DNA of 36,540 bases from Spirochaetaceae bacterium (GCA_028527945.1 JAQQAK010000213.1:1-36540); one strand, 5' to 3'. Shown: positions 24,934-33,409, numbered from the stretch's first letter. Program-made: numbers and translations. Notes: generated by a model not told the origin, from the sequence alone.

Positions 24934-25628
24934 TTTTTTTTACGACCTTCTATTGCTTTTTTTATATTTGTAAAAGATAAAGCTTCAATTTCAAATGTAT
25001 TGAAGCGGCAGGCAATGTCGTCTATGTAATGGGCGTCTGAATCTTGTAGTAAGGTAAAATCTCCTGTCTCTACAGGGCAGGGGATTCTAACTGTTTCGAG
25101 GGCTGTATATTCCATTTGTGGAAGAAAGCCCAATTGAGATGGGATGCTGAAAACTGGTTTATCAATATGGGCTGGAATGAACATGCCCCCTATTGTTTTT
25201 ACTATATCGAATAATTCTTCAAGAGGTATATCTGTAGCACTTACAAGGTATTTATCAACTTCTCCAAGAATATTATCATTTTCATCAACATAAACTTGAT
25301 CCCCGAATTTTTCAGGAATATTAAAAATATCAGGAAGTCTGTCATAGACAATTTCTCCCATTTTTTCTGCCTGCTTTACGGTTTTAAACAAACATAAAAT
25401 ATGGGCTTCTTCTTCTGATGTGACTTCTAAACCAAAAACTGGAAAAATCCCAACATCTCTACAACATGAATCAAAAGCTTTACAGTTTAATGCTGTATTA
25501 TGATCTGTTAGAGCTGCGACATGCATGCCCCGCTCCATTGCTGTTTTTGCAATGGAAGCTGGAGACATTTCAAGACTCCCGCATGGGCTGAGACATGAGT
25601 GTATATGAAGGTCTGCTTTTATTTTCAA
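24930..25628 (-). CDS. PHP-domain metal-dependent phosphoesterase
   Basis: 232 aa. PHP motifs ADLHIHS and ALTDHNT, with further His/Asp ligands (PAHIDKP, DSDAH). TTG start 4 nt after the upstream stop. The 3' end overlaps the convergent symporter stop. Confidence 0.8.
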   Translation of the reverse strand: MKIKADLHIHSCLSPCGSLEMSPASIAKTAMERGMHVAALTDHNTALNCKAFDSCCRDVGIFPVFGLEVTSEEEAHILCLFKTVKQAEKMGEIVYDRLPDIFNIPEKFGDQVYVDENDNILGEVDKYLVSATDIPLEELFDIVKTIGGMFIPAHIDKPVFSIPSQLGFLPQMEYTALETVRIPCPVETGDFTLLQDSDAHYIDDIACRFNTFEIEALSFTNIKKAIEGRKKN

Positions 25629-25632
25629 TTGC

Positions 25633-25965
25633 TCAATATATTCCTAATGTTTTTGCAACCTTAATAGACGCTTCAAACTGTGAAAGAGGTGTTTTGAGTA
25701 TTGCGATATTCTCATTGTTAGCGGCTTCTATCATTTCATCAGGGGCTTTTCTGTTATTACAGATGATAATAGCATTTATACCTGCAAGAGACGCAACCGC
25801 AATTGTATTTTTATGCGCTTGAATTGTTATTAAAGCAGATTCATCTGGGGCATTGCCCATTACATCACTTAAGAGATCTGAGGTGTAAGCTATTACCACT
25901 TCGGTATCCGGACATGTTGTTAAAAGTTCAAATCCAAGTTCTTTATAAAGTTCCTTAATTTTCAT
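25633..25965 (-). CDS. Single-domain DRTGG protein (copy 2)
   Basis: About 110 aa. DRTGG-type pattern SDLLSDVMGNAP...ALITIQAHKNTIAVASLAGINAIIICNNRKAPDEMIEAANNENIAIL. ATG at 25965 is preferred over the GTG at 25971. Confidence 0.75.
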   Translation of the reverse strand: MKIKELYKELGFELLTTCPDTEVVIAYTSDLLSDVMGNAPDESALITIQAHKNTIAVASLAGINAIIICNNRKAPDEMIEAANNENIAILKTPLSQFEASIKVAKTLGIY

Positions 25966-26039
25966 AATCACATTCTAACGTTTATTTTATTAATTGTCGA
26001 GTTTTTGGAGCTTGAAGGGTGAAACTGATTATTTGAGAA

Positions 26040-26435
26040 TTATTGAGCTATAAAAACATCAGGTAATTCTACTTCACAACCTTTATACAGAATCTTGTCT
26101 ACTTTATGCATACACAAAACTACATTATTATTGCTGTTTATTGTTACATCAAGATTTGCACCTTTAAAAGTTAATTTTGGAAAATTAAGGTCTGTCAAAG
26201 ATATTATGTTATTGTTCTCATCAATAACGCAATGGGTAGATATTGTCCACCATTGATCGCCTGAAGGATTTATTTCAATAATTCCTGTTTTATATTCATT
26301 TTCTACGTCGGCAGATTTTTCTATAGCAACAGCATAAATTACATCAGGGCTGAATTCGTACATGTAAAGATCTAATGAAAAAACTACAGCAGCATTGAAA
26401 AAGAGTATTATTAAACAAAGATATTTTTTTATCAT
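26040..26435 (-). CDS. Small secreted protein of unknown function
   Basis: 131 aa with an N-terminal signal peptide (LCLIILFFNAAVVFS). No recognisable motifs. The start overlaps the stop of the CBS-kinase gene (ATGA). Confidence 0.55.
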   Translation of the reverse strand: MIKKYLCLIILFFNAAVVFSLDLYMYEFSPDVIYAVAIEKSADVENEYKTGIIEINPSGDQWWTISTHCVIDENNNIISLTDLNFPKLTFKGANLDVTINSNNNVVLCMHKVDKILYKGCEVELPDVFIAQ

Positions 26436-27382
26436 TTTTGAACCTTTTTTGTGGAATCTGTTTTTATGATTTCTGGAAGGTTTATTACTATGCGTATTTC
26501 TGTCCCATTTTCGGAAGAATTTATATTAAATATATCGGAGACTCTCTTTACATTCGGCAGACCCATTCCTGCTCCGAATCCCATTGACCTTATCCAGTCG
26601 TTAGCGGTTGAATAGCCTTCGCTGAGAGCCAGATCTATATCTTTTATTCCCGGACCTTTGTCCCTTGCAAGAATTTCTATATGATTATCTGTTATGCGGC
26701 ATATTATTTCTCCACCCAAAGAATGTGCTACAAGGTTTATTTCTAATTCGTAAGCAGCAGTTGCTACTGCTCTTATTGTTTTTCGATTGACTCTGTGTTC
26801 CTGGAGAACTTTCTTGATTCCACTGGATGCTTTTCCTGCGTTTTTAAAATCATTTTGGACAACCGGATATCTTCGTATTATGTTTCCAATTTCAGTGCGG
26901 ATTCCTTGTTTTGCAGAGTCTTCAAGTCTTTTTATTTCCTTATTCATTACAGTTATTGTATGAAGAGTAATGTCTCTGCTGGTTATCATTCCGACAATTT
27001 CTTTATTGCTGTTTAGAACAGGAAAACGGTTGTAGCTGTATTTTTCAAAATAGTCAATTGCAAAGTTTATCGGCATTTGCTCTTCAAGAACAACCGGGTT
27101 TCTTGACATATGTTTGCTTACAGGTTCATCCATCAAGCCGTCTTCAAGAGCGTTTAGAAGATCTTCAATGCTTATAATTCCTAAAAGTCGTTTACCGTTT
27201 ACAACTGGCAGTCCGCTTATCCCGTTATTTTTCATCAAAGTTTTAACTTCGCGCATGATTACATTTGGCCCTACTGATACAATATTCTTTGACATAATGT
27301 CAGAAATTTTGTATTCCAGAAGTAGATCTAGTATCACTATTGGTGAGTTGTTTTCGTAAACCGGGATAATTTTTTTAATCAT
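26432..27382 (-). CDS. Tandem CBS pair fused to an RsbW/SpoIIAB-type GHKL serine-kinase (anti-sigma-factor-like) domain
   Basis: 316 aa. Two CBS repeats (ISDIMSKNIVSV...GLPVV; VSKHMSRNPVVL...FPVL). N box YELEINLVAHS, G1 RDKGPGI, G2 GFGAGMGLPNV. No DHp domain. Confidence 0.85.
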   Translation of the reverse strand: MIKKIIPVYENNSPIVILDLLLEYKISDIMSKNIVSVGPNVIMREVKTLMKNNGISGLPVVNGKRLLGIISIEDLLNALEDGLMDEPVSKHMSRNPVVLEEQMPINFAIDYFEKYSYNRFPVLNSNKEIVGMITSRDITLHTITVMNKEIKRLEDSAKQGIRTEIGNIIRRYPVVQNDFKNAGKASSGIKKVLQEHRVNRKTIRAVATAAYELEINLVAHSLGGEIICRITDNHIEILARDKGPGIKDIDLALSEGYSTANDWIRSMGFGAGMGLPNVKRVSDIFNINSSENGTEIRIVINLPEIIKTDSTKKVQK

Positions 27383-27385
27383 ACT

Positions 27386-27724
27386 CTAAGTATTTAGCTT
27401 TTGAAAAACCGCCGCGCAAGTTTCGAACATGGTCTTTTGAGTTGAGATTAAAGAGAGATCGAATTCTTTTGCTAATTTTAGCATTCCGGGTTGAGGACTT
27501 TTTCCATTAACCAGAATGATTCCCACTGCATCGACTATATTGGCAGTCCTGATAGTTTGTTCTGTGTTCAGAGCTGTTATCAGGATCAGGTTTTCCTCTT
27601 CTGCTACTAATACTTCACTCATGAGATCGCTTGCAACAACATGTTCAATTTCTACCTGACTGAAGCTGCTGCCTTTTGTATGATTTTGACAGCATAAATC
27701 TGATGCTAACTTTTCAATTGTCAT
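27386..27724 (-). CDS. Single-domain DRTGG protein (copy 1)
   Basis: 112 aa. Pattern ASDLMSEVLVAEEENLILITALNTEQTIRTANIVDAVGIILVNGKSPQPGMLKLAKEFDLSLI. GAGAGGGG RBS. Confidence 0.75.
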   Translation of the reverse strand: MTIEKLASDLCCQNHTKGSSFSQVEIEHVVASDLMSEVLVAEEENLILITALNTEQTIRTANIVDAVGIILVNGKSPQPGMLKLAKEFDLSLISTQKTMFETCAAVFQKLNT

Positions 27725-27810
27725 TAAACCCCTCTCTATTGTCCTATTTTCCGAAATTTAACTGTGTAGGTCAAGACTGTATAGAATAATGAAGTTATCT
27801 GGTATAATTT

Positions 27811-28854
27811 CTATTCTATATTAATTTCAGTCAGGTTTAAATCTTTGTCAATTTTAGCTATTTTTTTTGAATCTTTTGAAAGCAAATAGTAAAAGTTGTC
27901 ATAAGATCCTACATTTTTTAGGTTGTATTCTTTTAAAATGAGTGGTGATTTTATCATTATAAGATTCTTGTTTTTTTGGATCTTAAGTTTTCTAACTATT
28001 TTTTCTCCATTTAAACCATTTGAAAAAACTATATATGAATTATCTATTTTGAAAAGGTAATTAAAAGGATCTTCCATGCTATAAATTAATTTTAGTTTTA
28101 TATCTTTTAATTCTGGCCCAAGTTTTTCTATCTTATATAATTTATAAAGATTACGCTCATCTTTTTCATCATTGTAGAGAAAGTTTGCGTTTAGCAGATC
28201 TTCTCCTAAAAAATATAATGAAGAGTTGTCGTTAGAACCAAAATAATCTTTAACAATATCTATTGAGATTTTGTGTTCTGGGAAATATAGCTGAGAGCCT
28301 GTATCATTATAGACCAGACTCATTACAAGCTTATTATCATACCTTATCATTCTATATTTACTGTTCCAGATGGCTGGAATTGGAGTAATTTCTGTAATTT
28401 TATTATTCGGCATTGATAGACCTGCGGCATAAAGTTGTGTTGAATTATTATTTATTCCGGCCACATATATTTTATTAGATGATATATCTATACCAAACCA
28501 TCCGGAATACTGGTCAAAATAGTCTATTATGTAAACATTTCCTGTTGCTTTTTCTATATATATAGGAATGATTTTTTTTTCTTCTGTATAGACCGACGCG
28601 TATACACCATTATTTGATGGTTCTTCAAGAATTCTGTATAAATTCCTGTTCTTGAAATTGTATTTAGCAATTACTTTCTCTTTGTCTGGATTAAACAATA
28701 TTATTTCTGAATTATCAGAACTTTTCAGATAGATTATTTTATCATCACTTTTGGTAGCTTTATATCTTTGAGGAACCAGACGGACAGTCCCTGAGGACTG
28801 CCCGCAGCTTATTGTTATTAAACTTAGTAATAATAAAATCCAGATACGACGCAT
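27811..28854 (-). CDS. Lipoprotein of unknown function, repetitive beta-rich sequence
   Basis: Lipobox LITISCG. Asn/Lys/Tyr/Ile-rich with recurring short beta-strand-like segments. The DNA is visibly more AT-rich than its neighbours. It starts 2 nt after the upstream stop. Confidence 0.6.
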   Translation of the reverse strand: MRRIWILLLLSLITISCGQSSGTVRLVPQRYKATKSDDKIIYLKSSDNSEIILFNPDKEKVIAKYNFKNRNLYRILEEPSNNGVYASVYTEEKKIIPIYIEKATGNVYIIDYFDQYSGWFGIDISSNKIYVAGINNNSTQLYAAGLSMPNNKITEITPIPAIWNSKYRMIRYDNKLVMSLVYNDTGSQLYFPEHKISIDIVKDYFGSNDNSSLYFLGEDLLNANFLYNDEKDERNLYKLYKIEKLGPELKDIKLKLIYSMEDPFNYLFKIDNSYIVFSNGLNGEKIVRKLKIQKNKNLIMIKSPLILKEYNLKNVGSYDNFYYLLSKDSKKIAKIDKDLNLTEINIE

Positions 28855-28856
28855 TT

Positions 28857-30182
28857 TTACCTTGAAAGACTTTCTACTATATTAGTTGTAGCGCTGTATG
28901 TTTTATATTTATATGTTTTCCAGAGAATCTTAAATTTGTAATATCTGTCACTTGCTGATGAGATTATATCATCTGGTGCTACAAGGTAGCCTCTATTTGT
29001 ATTGGAGGTGTCTCCGTCTACATTAATTCCTGCTTTTTTCCATGCTGAATAGACAACCTTGGTACAATAGGGATTGTTTGATATGTTTAGATCGTGGCTT
29101 GTATTACCTATGTAGACAGCTTCAAGGTAAGGTAGATCATAATCTGCCGGCTCATCTACATCTATAGCTGCTTTTGCGTAAGCAATAGCTGTTTTAGCCG
29201 CGTCTTCTGTGTAAGATTTCGGTCTCAAAATCTTTACGGCTTTTGATCTTGTATAATATGTTAATGGATCACGTGTTACATGTCCGGGGTTTTCTGCTTT
29301 TACTTCTTCAACCATCCCGTCCTGATCAGATTGAGCTGTTAACACAGAATATTCATCATCTTCTCTTCCATTTCGTGACCAGTAATTATAGTCAAAGATA
29401 CCGCCGTGATGGTAGTCGCCGATTATGTAATGCGAAATAGCACTCATTGTTGATGGATTACAGAGTTTTACAATAAGTATATCTCCATTTTTTAACTGAG
29501 AACCGAGATCGTCTGTCATAACTGTATCGTAATGGCTTGCGGAAGAAAGACCCTTGCTCGTAGATGTTTCTGAATAGTTATCAACACTTGCTTTCAGATT
29601 TTTTACTTCATTGATATTGAGTGTGACTTCAAGTTCTTCTGCAAGAGCTGATAAAGAGTCCCAGTTTTCGTCAGAAACATAAAGACTTGCTATATAACCT
29701 GCAAATAACGGCTCTTCAATAGCCATTTCATTTCCGGCAACATAAATAGTTTTGTTTGATACTGTTTTTCCTAAAAATGCTGAGTTAATAAATGATTTTA
29801 GTTCGCTTCTTGCTGACAATTCTTCAATGTCTTCGTCTGAAAGGTTTCCTGAATCGTTATCGATTTCTTCAGAGATTTCAATCTCAAGATTGTCTGACGC
29901 AAGGATTTTTGCCTGTTCTTCTTCTGTCATTTCATCAAAAACACCAAGAAGCGCAGTCTTCATATCTGCCGGCATTCCTGTTTCTTCAGAATCACTGTTC
30001 CTTGAGTCTGGTGAGAAAAGATTTGATATTGTACTCTGATCCATGCTTGCATCCCAAGTGCTCAGAGTTTTTGTGGTTCCATCTTCTGTTTCATCGTTAT
30101 CAGCAGTAATGCCATTTTGACATCCTGCAAAAACAAGGACAAGAAGAAGGACGAATAGATTGTAGTATAATCTTTTTTTCAT
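28857..30182 (-). CDS. Lipoprotein with C-terminal permuted papain-fold (YiiX/YaeF-like NlpC/P60-related) domain
   Basis: GGAGGGG RBS. Lipobox LVFAGC and an acidic Ser/Asp/Glu-rich linker. The motif order is His-before-Cys: NGDILIVK...DYHHGGIF, then NNPYCTKVVYSAWKKAGINV. This is a motif-level call only. Confidence 0.6.
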   Translation of the reverse strand: MKKRLYYNLFVLLLVLVFAGCQNGITADNDETEDGTTKTLSTWDASMDQSTISNLFSPDSRNSDSEETGMPADMKTALLGVFDEMTEEEQAKILASDNLEIEISEEIDNDSGNLSDEDIEELSARSELKSFINSAFLGKTVSNKTIYVAGNEMAIEEPLFAGYIASLYVSDENWDSLSALAEELEVTLNINEVKNLKASVDNYSETSTSKGLSSASHYDTVMTDDLGSQLKNGDILIVKLCNPSTMSAISHYIIGDYHHGGIFDYNYWSRNGREDDEYSVLTAQSDQDGMVEEVKAENPGHVTRDPLTYYTRSKAVKILRPKSYTEDAAKTAIAYAKAAIDVDEPADYDLPYLEAVYIGNTSHDLNISNNPYCTKVVYSAWKKAGINVDGDTSNTNRGYLVAPDDIISSASDRYYKFKILWKTYKYKTYSATTNIVESLSR

Positions 30183-30510
30183 TACACCCCTCCATATTAG
30201 TTTGGTTATAAGTGTGAAGGTGTAACGTTAGCTTGATTTTGAGGTACGATTAAAATGGAGTTAGAATTTGATGAAATAGAAGAGCTCTATTTATTTTTCT
30301 TAATCTTGTTTTCTAATCTTTTTTATTTGTCGAACGGAGAGATTCCTTGATGCTTAACTCCAGCTTGATTGATTGTAAGATGGTTATAGTTTTGGATTCT
30401 TTTCCAACATTACAGTATATTATTTAAAAATATTATTGATACATTATATTCACATAAATCTAACTCTAATTTAACCTTTTCTTAGTATTGACCCATCTTA
30501 ATAGAAGCTA

Positions 30511-31563
30511 ATGGAAATAAGGCTTGAAAATATACAAAAGAAGTTTTCTTCAGTTGTTGCTGTTCATGATATGAATATCAGAATCAAGGATGGTAGCTTG
30601 ACGGGTTTGCTTGGTCCGTCAGGTTGCGGAAAATCTACAACTCTTTTTATGATTGCCGGATTATATGCTCCTACAGCCGGGAATATTTTCTTTGGTGATG
30701 AAGCGGTCACGCTTTTACCACCTGAAAAGCGGGGTATAGGACTTGTTTTTCAGAATTATGCCCTTTATCCACATATGACAGTACTTAAAAACATTCTTTT
30801 TCCTCTTGAGAATATGAAAATACCAAAAAAAGAAGCCTTAAAGATGGCTGAAGAAATGGCGGATATTGTTCAAATTCGTGATTTGCTGGATAGAAAACCT
30901 TCTCAGCTTTCCGGAGGTCAGCAGCAGCGTGTTGCTATAGCAAGAGCCCTTGTTAAAAAGGCTAGGGTACTTCTACTTGATGAGCCTCTTTCAAACCTTG
31001 ATGCTCGCCTTAGGCTTGAGACCAGAGAAGAGATTAGACGTATACAAAAAGAAACCGGTATTACAACCATCTATGTCACTCATGATCAGGAAGAAGCTAT
31101 GAGTATAACGGATGATATTGTTTTAATGGATAAGGGGTGGATTCAGCAGCAGGATAGCCCTCAGCAAATGTATTTAAATCCGGGAAATCAATTTACTGCA
31201 GAATTTCTTGGTAACCCTCCTGTTAATATCATTGATGGTAAAATAACAGATTCTGTTCTTGTTGTTTGTGGTGAGAAGCTATGTGGATTTGATGGAGTTG
31301 AAGATCAACCTGTTGTTGTTGGGATTCGTCCTGAGGCTGTTTTAATTGGAAATGGAGATATCAAAGCTTCTGTCCGCTTAATTGAAATAGTTGGCAAAGA
31401 CAAGATTATTAGTCTTGATTTAAAAGGCTGTCTGATAAGGGCAATAGTTAGTCTTGATTATGATTGTAATGTTGAAGAATTGTTGTCATTCTCTGTTAAG
31501 CATAGCGGTGTCTTTTTGTTTGACAAGACTACGGGCGCTCGTATAAAGGGATTTGCTTCATGA
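30511..31563 (+). CDS. ABC transporter ATP-binding protein, MalK/UgpC/MsmX type (CUT1)
   Basis: Walker A GPSGCGKST, Q-loop FQNYALYPHMTV, signature LSGGQQQR, Walker B LLLDEPLSNLDA, H-loop VTHDQ, and a C-terminal regulatory/TOBE-like domain. Confidence 0.9.
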   Translation: MEIRLENIQKKFSSVVAVHDMNIRIKDGSLTGLLGPSGCGKSTTLFMIAGLYAPTAGNIFFGDEAVTLLPPEKRGIGLVFQNYALYPHMTVLKNILFPLENMKIPKKEALKMAEEMADIVQIRDLLDRKPSQLSGGQQQRVAIARALVKKARVLLLDEPLSNLDARLRLETREEIRRIQKETGITTIYVTHDQEEAMSITDDIVLMDKGWIQQQDSPQQMYLNPGNQFTAEFLGNPPVNIIDGKITDSVLVVCGEKLCGFDGVEDQPVVVGIRPEAVLIGNGDIKASVRLIEIVGKDKIISLDLKGCLIRAIVSLDYDCNVEELLSFSVKHSGVFLFDKTTGARIKGFAS

Positions 31564-32462
31564 GTATAATTGAAGGGCGTAATACCGCAAGAGGTACAGT
31601 CGCAGCCTGGGTTTATCTATTGCCAGCACTGATTATTATCTCGGTATTTGTATTTTATCCCCTGATTATGGCGTTTCGAATGAGCATGTATGAAAGCTAT
31701 AATTTTTATAAGAATGTTGGCACTGGTTTTGGTTTTGCTAGTTTTAAGCGAGTTCTTTGTGATTCAGATTTTCATATAGCTGTAAAAAACACCCTTTTCT
31801 TGAGTTTTGTGGCAATGCCTGTTTCTATAATCATTTCCTTGGTAATAGCTCTTTTGATAAGTTCAATAAAGAAGTTTCAGGCTCTTTTTCAGACATTCTT
31901 TTTTCTCCCATATGTTACCTCTGTAATAGCAGTCGGAATTGTTTTCCGCTGGCTTTTTCATAGCAATTATGGTCTTATAAATTATTTTCTTGGTTTGTTT
32001 CATATCCACCCAGTGGCTTGGTTAAATAATCCGAAAACCACTATCTATGCTCTGGCTATTTATTACATTTGGGGAAATCTTGCCTTTAATACGATCATAC
32101 TTCTTGTAGGTGTTCAGAATATTCCAAAGATGTATTATAACGCGGCCAGGGTAGATGGAGCAAAGTGGGGGAAGATTATTTTCAGAATAACCCTGCCTCA
32201 GCTGTCTCCTACCATTATTTTTCTGACCATAGTTGGTTTTATCGCTTCTTTCAAGGTTTATAACGAAGTCTATGCTTTGTTTGGAGATCTAGGGGGGGCT
32301 GCAAATAGTGCTTATACTATTGTTTTTTATATCTATCGGACTTTTTATGGTGCCGGGCGTATGCATATAGCGGCGGCGGCCGCGGTTATACTTTTTGTGG
32401 CTATTTTATGTATAACCATTATTCAGATGCTTGTTAGCAAAAAATTTGTTCATTATAAATAG
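31560..32462 (+). CDS. ABC transporter permease (MalF/UgpA-like)
   Basis: 300 aa with about 6 TM segments and an EAA-type loop (YYNAARVDGAKWGKIFFRITLP-like). ATGA overlap with the ATPase gene. Confidence 0.85.
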   Translation: MSIIEGRNTARGTVAAWVYLLPALIIISVFVFYPLIMAFRMSMYESYNFYKNVGTGFGFASFKRVLCDSDFHIAVKNTLFLSFVAMPVSIIISLVIALLISSIKKFQALFQTFFFLPYVTSVIAVGIVFRWLFHSNYGLINYFLGLFHIHPVAWLNNPKTTIYALAIYYIWGNLAFNTIILLVGVQNIPKMYYNAARVDGAKWGKIIFRITLPQLSPTIIFLTIVGFIASFKVYNEVYALFGDLGGAANSAYTIVFYIYRTFYGAGRMHIAAAAAVILFVAILCITIIQMLVSKKFVHYK

Positions 32463-32480
32463 GTTTACAGGAGCCTTGAG

Positions 32481-33335
32481 TTGGAAGTTGTAGAAGATAT
32501 TAAAGATAAATCTCCAAGGCATAGAGGGGCAAAGATAATCATTTATGCGGTTCTTGTTTTTGGCTCCTTTTGGATGCTTCTTCCATTTGTATGGATGATT
32601 TTAACATCCCTTAAAAGCTTGCAGGAGGCAATTTCTGTTCCGCCAGTTTGGTTTCCTTCAAAACCTCTCTGGTCTAATTATCAGAAAGCTTTGTCTGTTG
32701 CTCCTTTTGGAAGGTATTTTCTTAATACCGTTATAGTTTCTTCAGTTAATACAGTATTAACTATTATTGTTACAATACTGGCAGCATTCTCATTTGCTCG
32801 TCTTAAATTTGTTGGTAAAAACCTTCTTTTTACATTGATTCTTGCTTCAATGATGGTTCCTGGAGAAATGCTTATTATTCAGAACTATGTAACCGTAGCA
32901 AAGCTTGGATGGATAGACTCATATGCAGCTTTAATTGTTCCATGGATAGCCAGTCCCTTTTATATTTTTCTTCTCAGACAGTATTTTATGCAGATTCCTG
33001 ATCAGCTTTATTATGCAGCAAGAGTAGACGGATGCAGAGACTTTAAGTATTTATGGAAGGTTATGGTTCCCAATGCCAAGAATACTATTGTGACAATAGG
33101 TATTCTCAATTTTGTTGCCAGCTGGAATGCCTTTTTGTGGCCATTGTTGGTCACTAACAAGGAAAGAATGAGGGTCCTGACTATCGGATTAACTGAATTC
33201 ACCAATGAAGCTGGTTCTGATGTACATCTACAGATGGCCGCGGCAACCTTCATCATATTACCAATGATTATAGTATATATAATTTTGCGCCCCTACATTA
33301 TTGAGGGCGTATCGAGAAGTGGAATTAAGGGATAA
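32481..33335 (+). CDS. ABC transporter permease (MalG/UgpE-like)
   Basis: 284 aa. EAA-type loop YYAARVDGCRDFKYLWKVMVP. TTG start 6 nt after AGGAG. Confidence 0.85.
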   Translation: MEVVEDIKDKSPRHRGAKIIIYAVLVFGSFWMLLPFVWMILTSLKSLQEAISVPPVWFPSKPLWSNYQKALSVAPFGRYFLNTVIVSSVNTVLTIIVTILAAFSFARLKFVGKNLLFTLILASMMVPGEMLIIQNYVTVAKLGWIDSYAALIVPWIASPFYIFLLRQYFMQIPDQLYYAARVDGCRDFKYLWKVMVPNAKNTIVTIGILNFVASWNAFLWPLLVTNKERMRVLTIGLTEFTNEAGSDVHLQMAAATFIILPMIIVYIILRPYIIEGVSRSGIKG

Positions 33336-33383
33336 TAATAGTCCTGATAATATTCTTTAAGGAGGGATGATAAAAAGTCTTTC

Positions 33384-33409
33384 AGCGCGCTAAACGCGTT
33401 TTGTTTTTT
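33384..33409 (+). terminator. Candidate intra-operon terminator/attenuator between the permease and binding-protein genes
   Basis: AGCGCG (33384-33389) / CGCGTT (33395-33400) stem with loop CTAAA, followed by TTGTTTTTT. It is nested inside a longer AT-rich inverted repeat ATGATAAAAA (33367-33376) / TTTTTATCAT (33405-33414). Confidence 0.5.

Noticed and set aside
29752-30109. + strand ORFs of 95 and 105 aa
   Set aside because: They lie antisense to the acidic linker region of the 441-aa lipoprotein gene. Their Ser/Leu-rich composition mirrors the Asp/Glu/Ser codons of that gene.
33367-33393. 8-codon mini-ORF (MIKSLSAR) directly after a strong AAGGAGGG
   Set aside because: The SD-to-ATG spacing is only about 1-2 nt, too short for initiation. 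The sequence is better explained as an arm of the nested hairpin/terminator.
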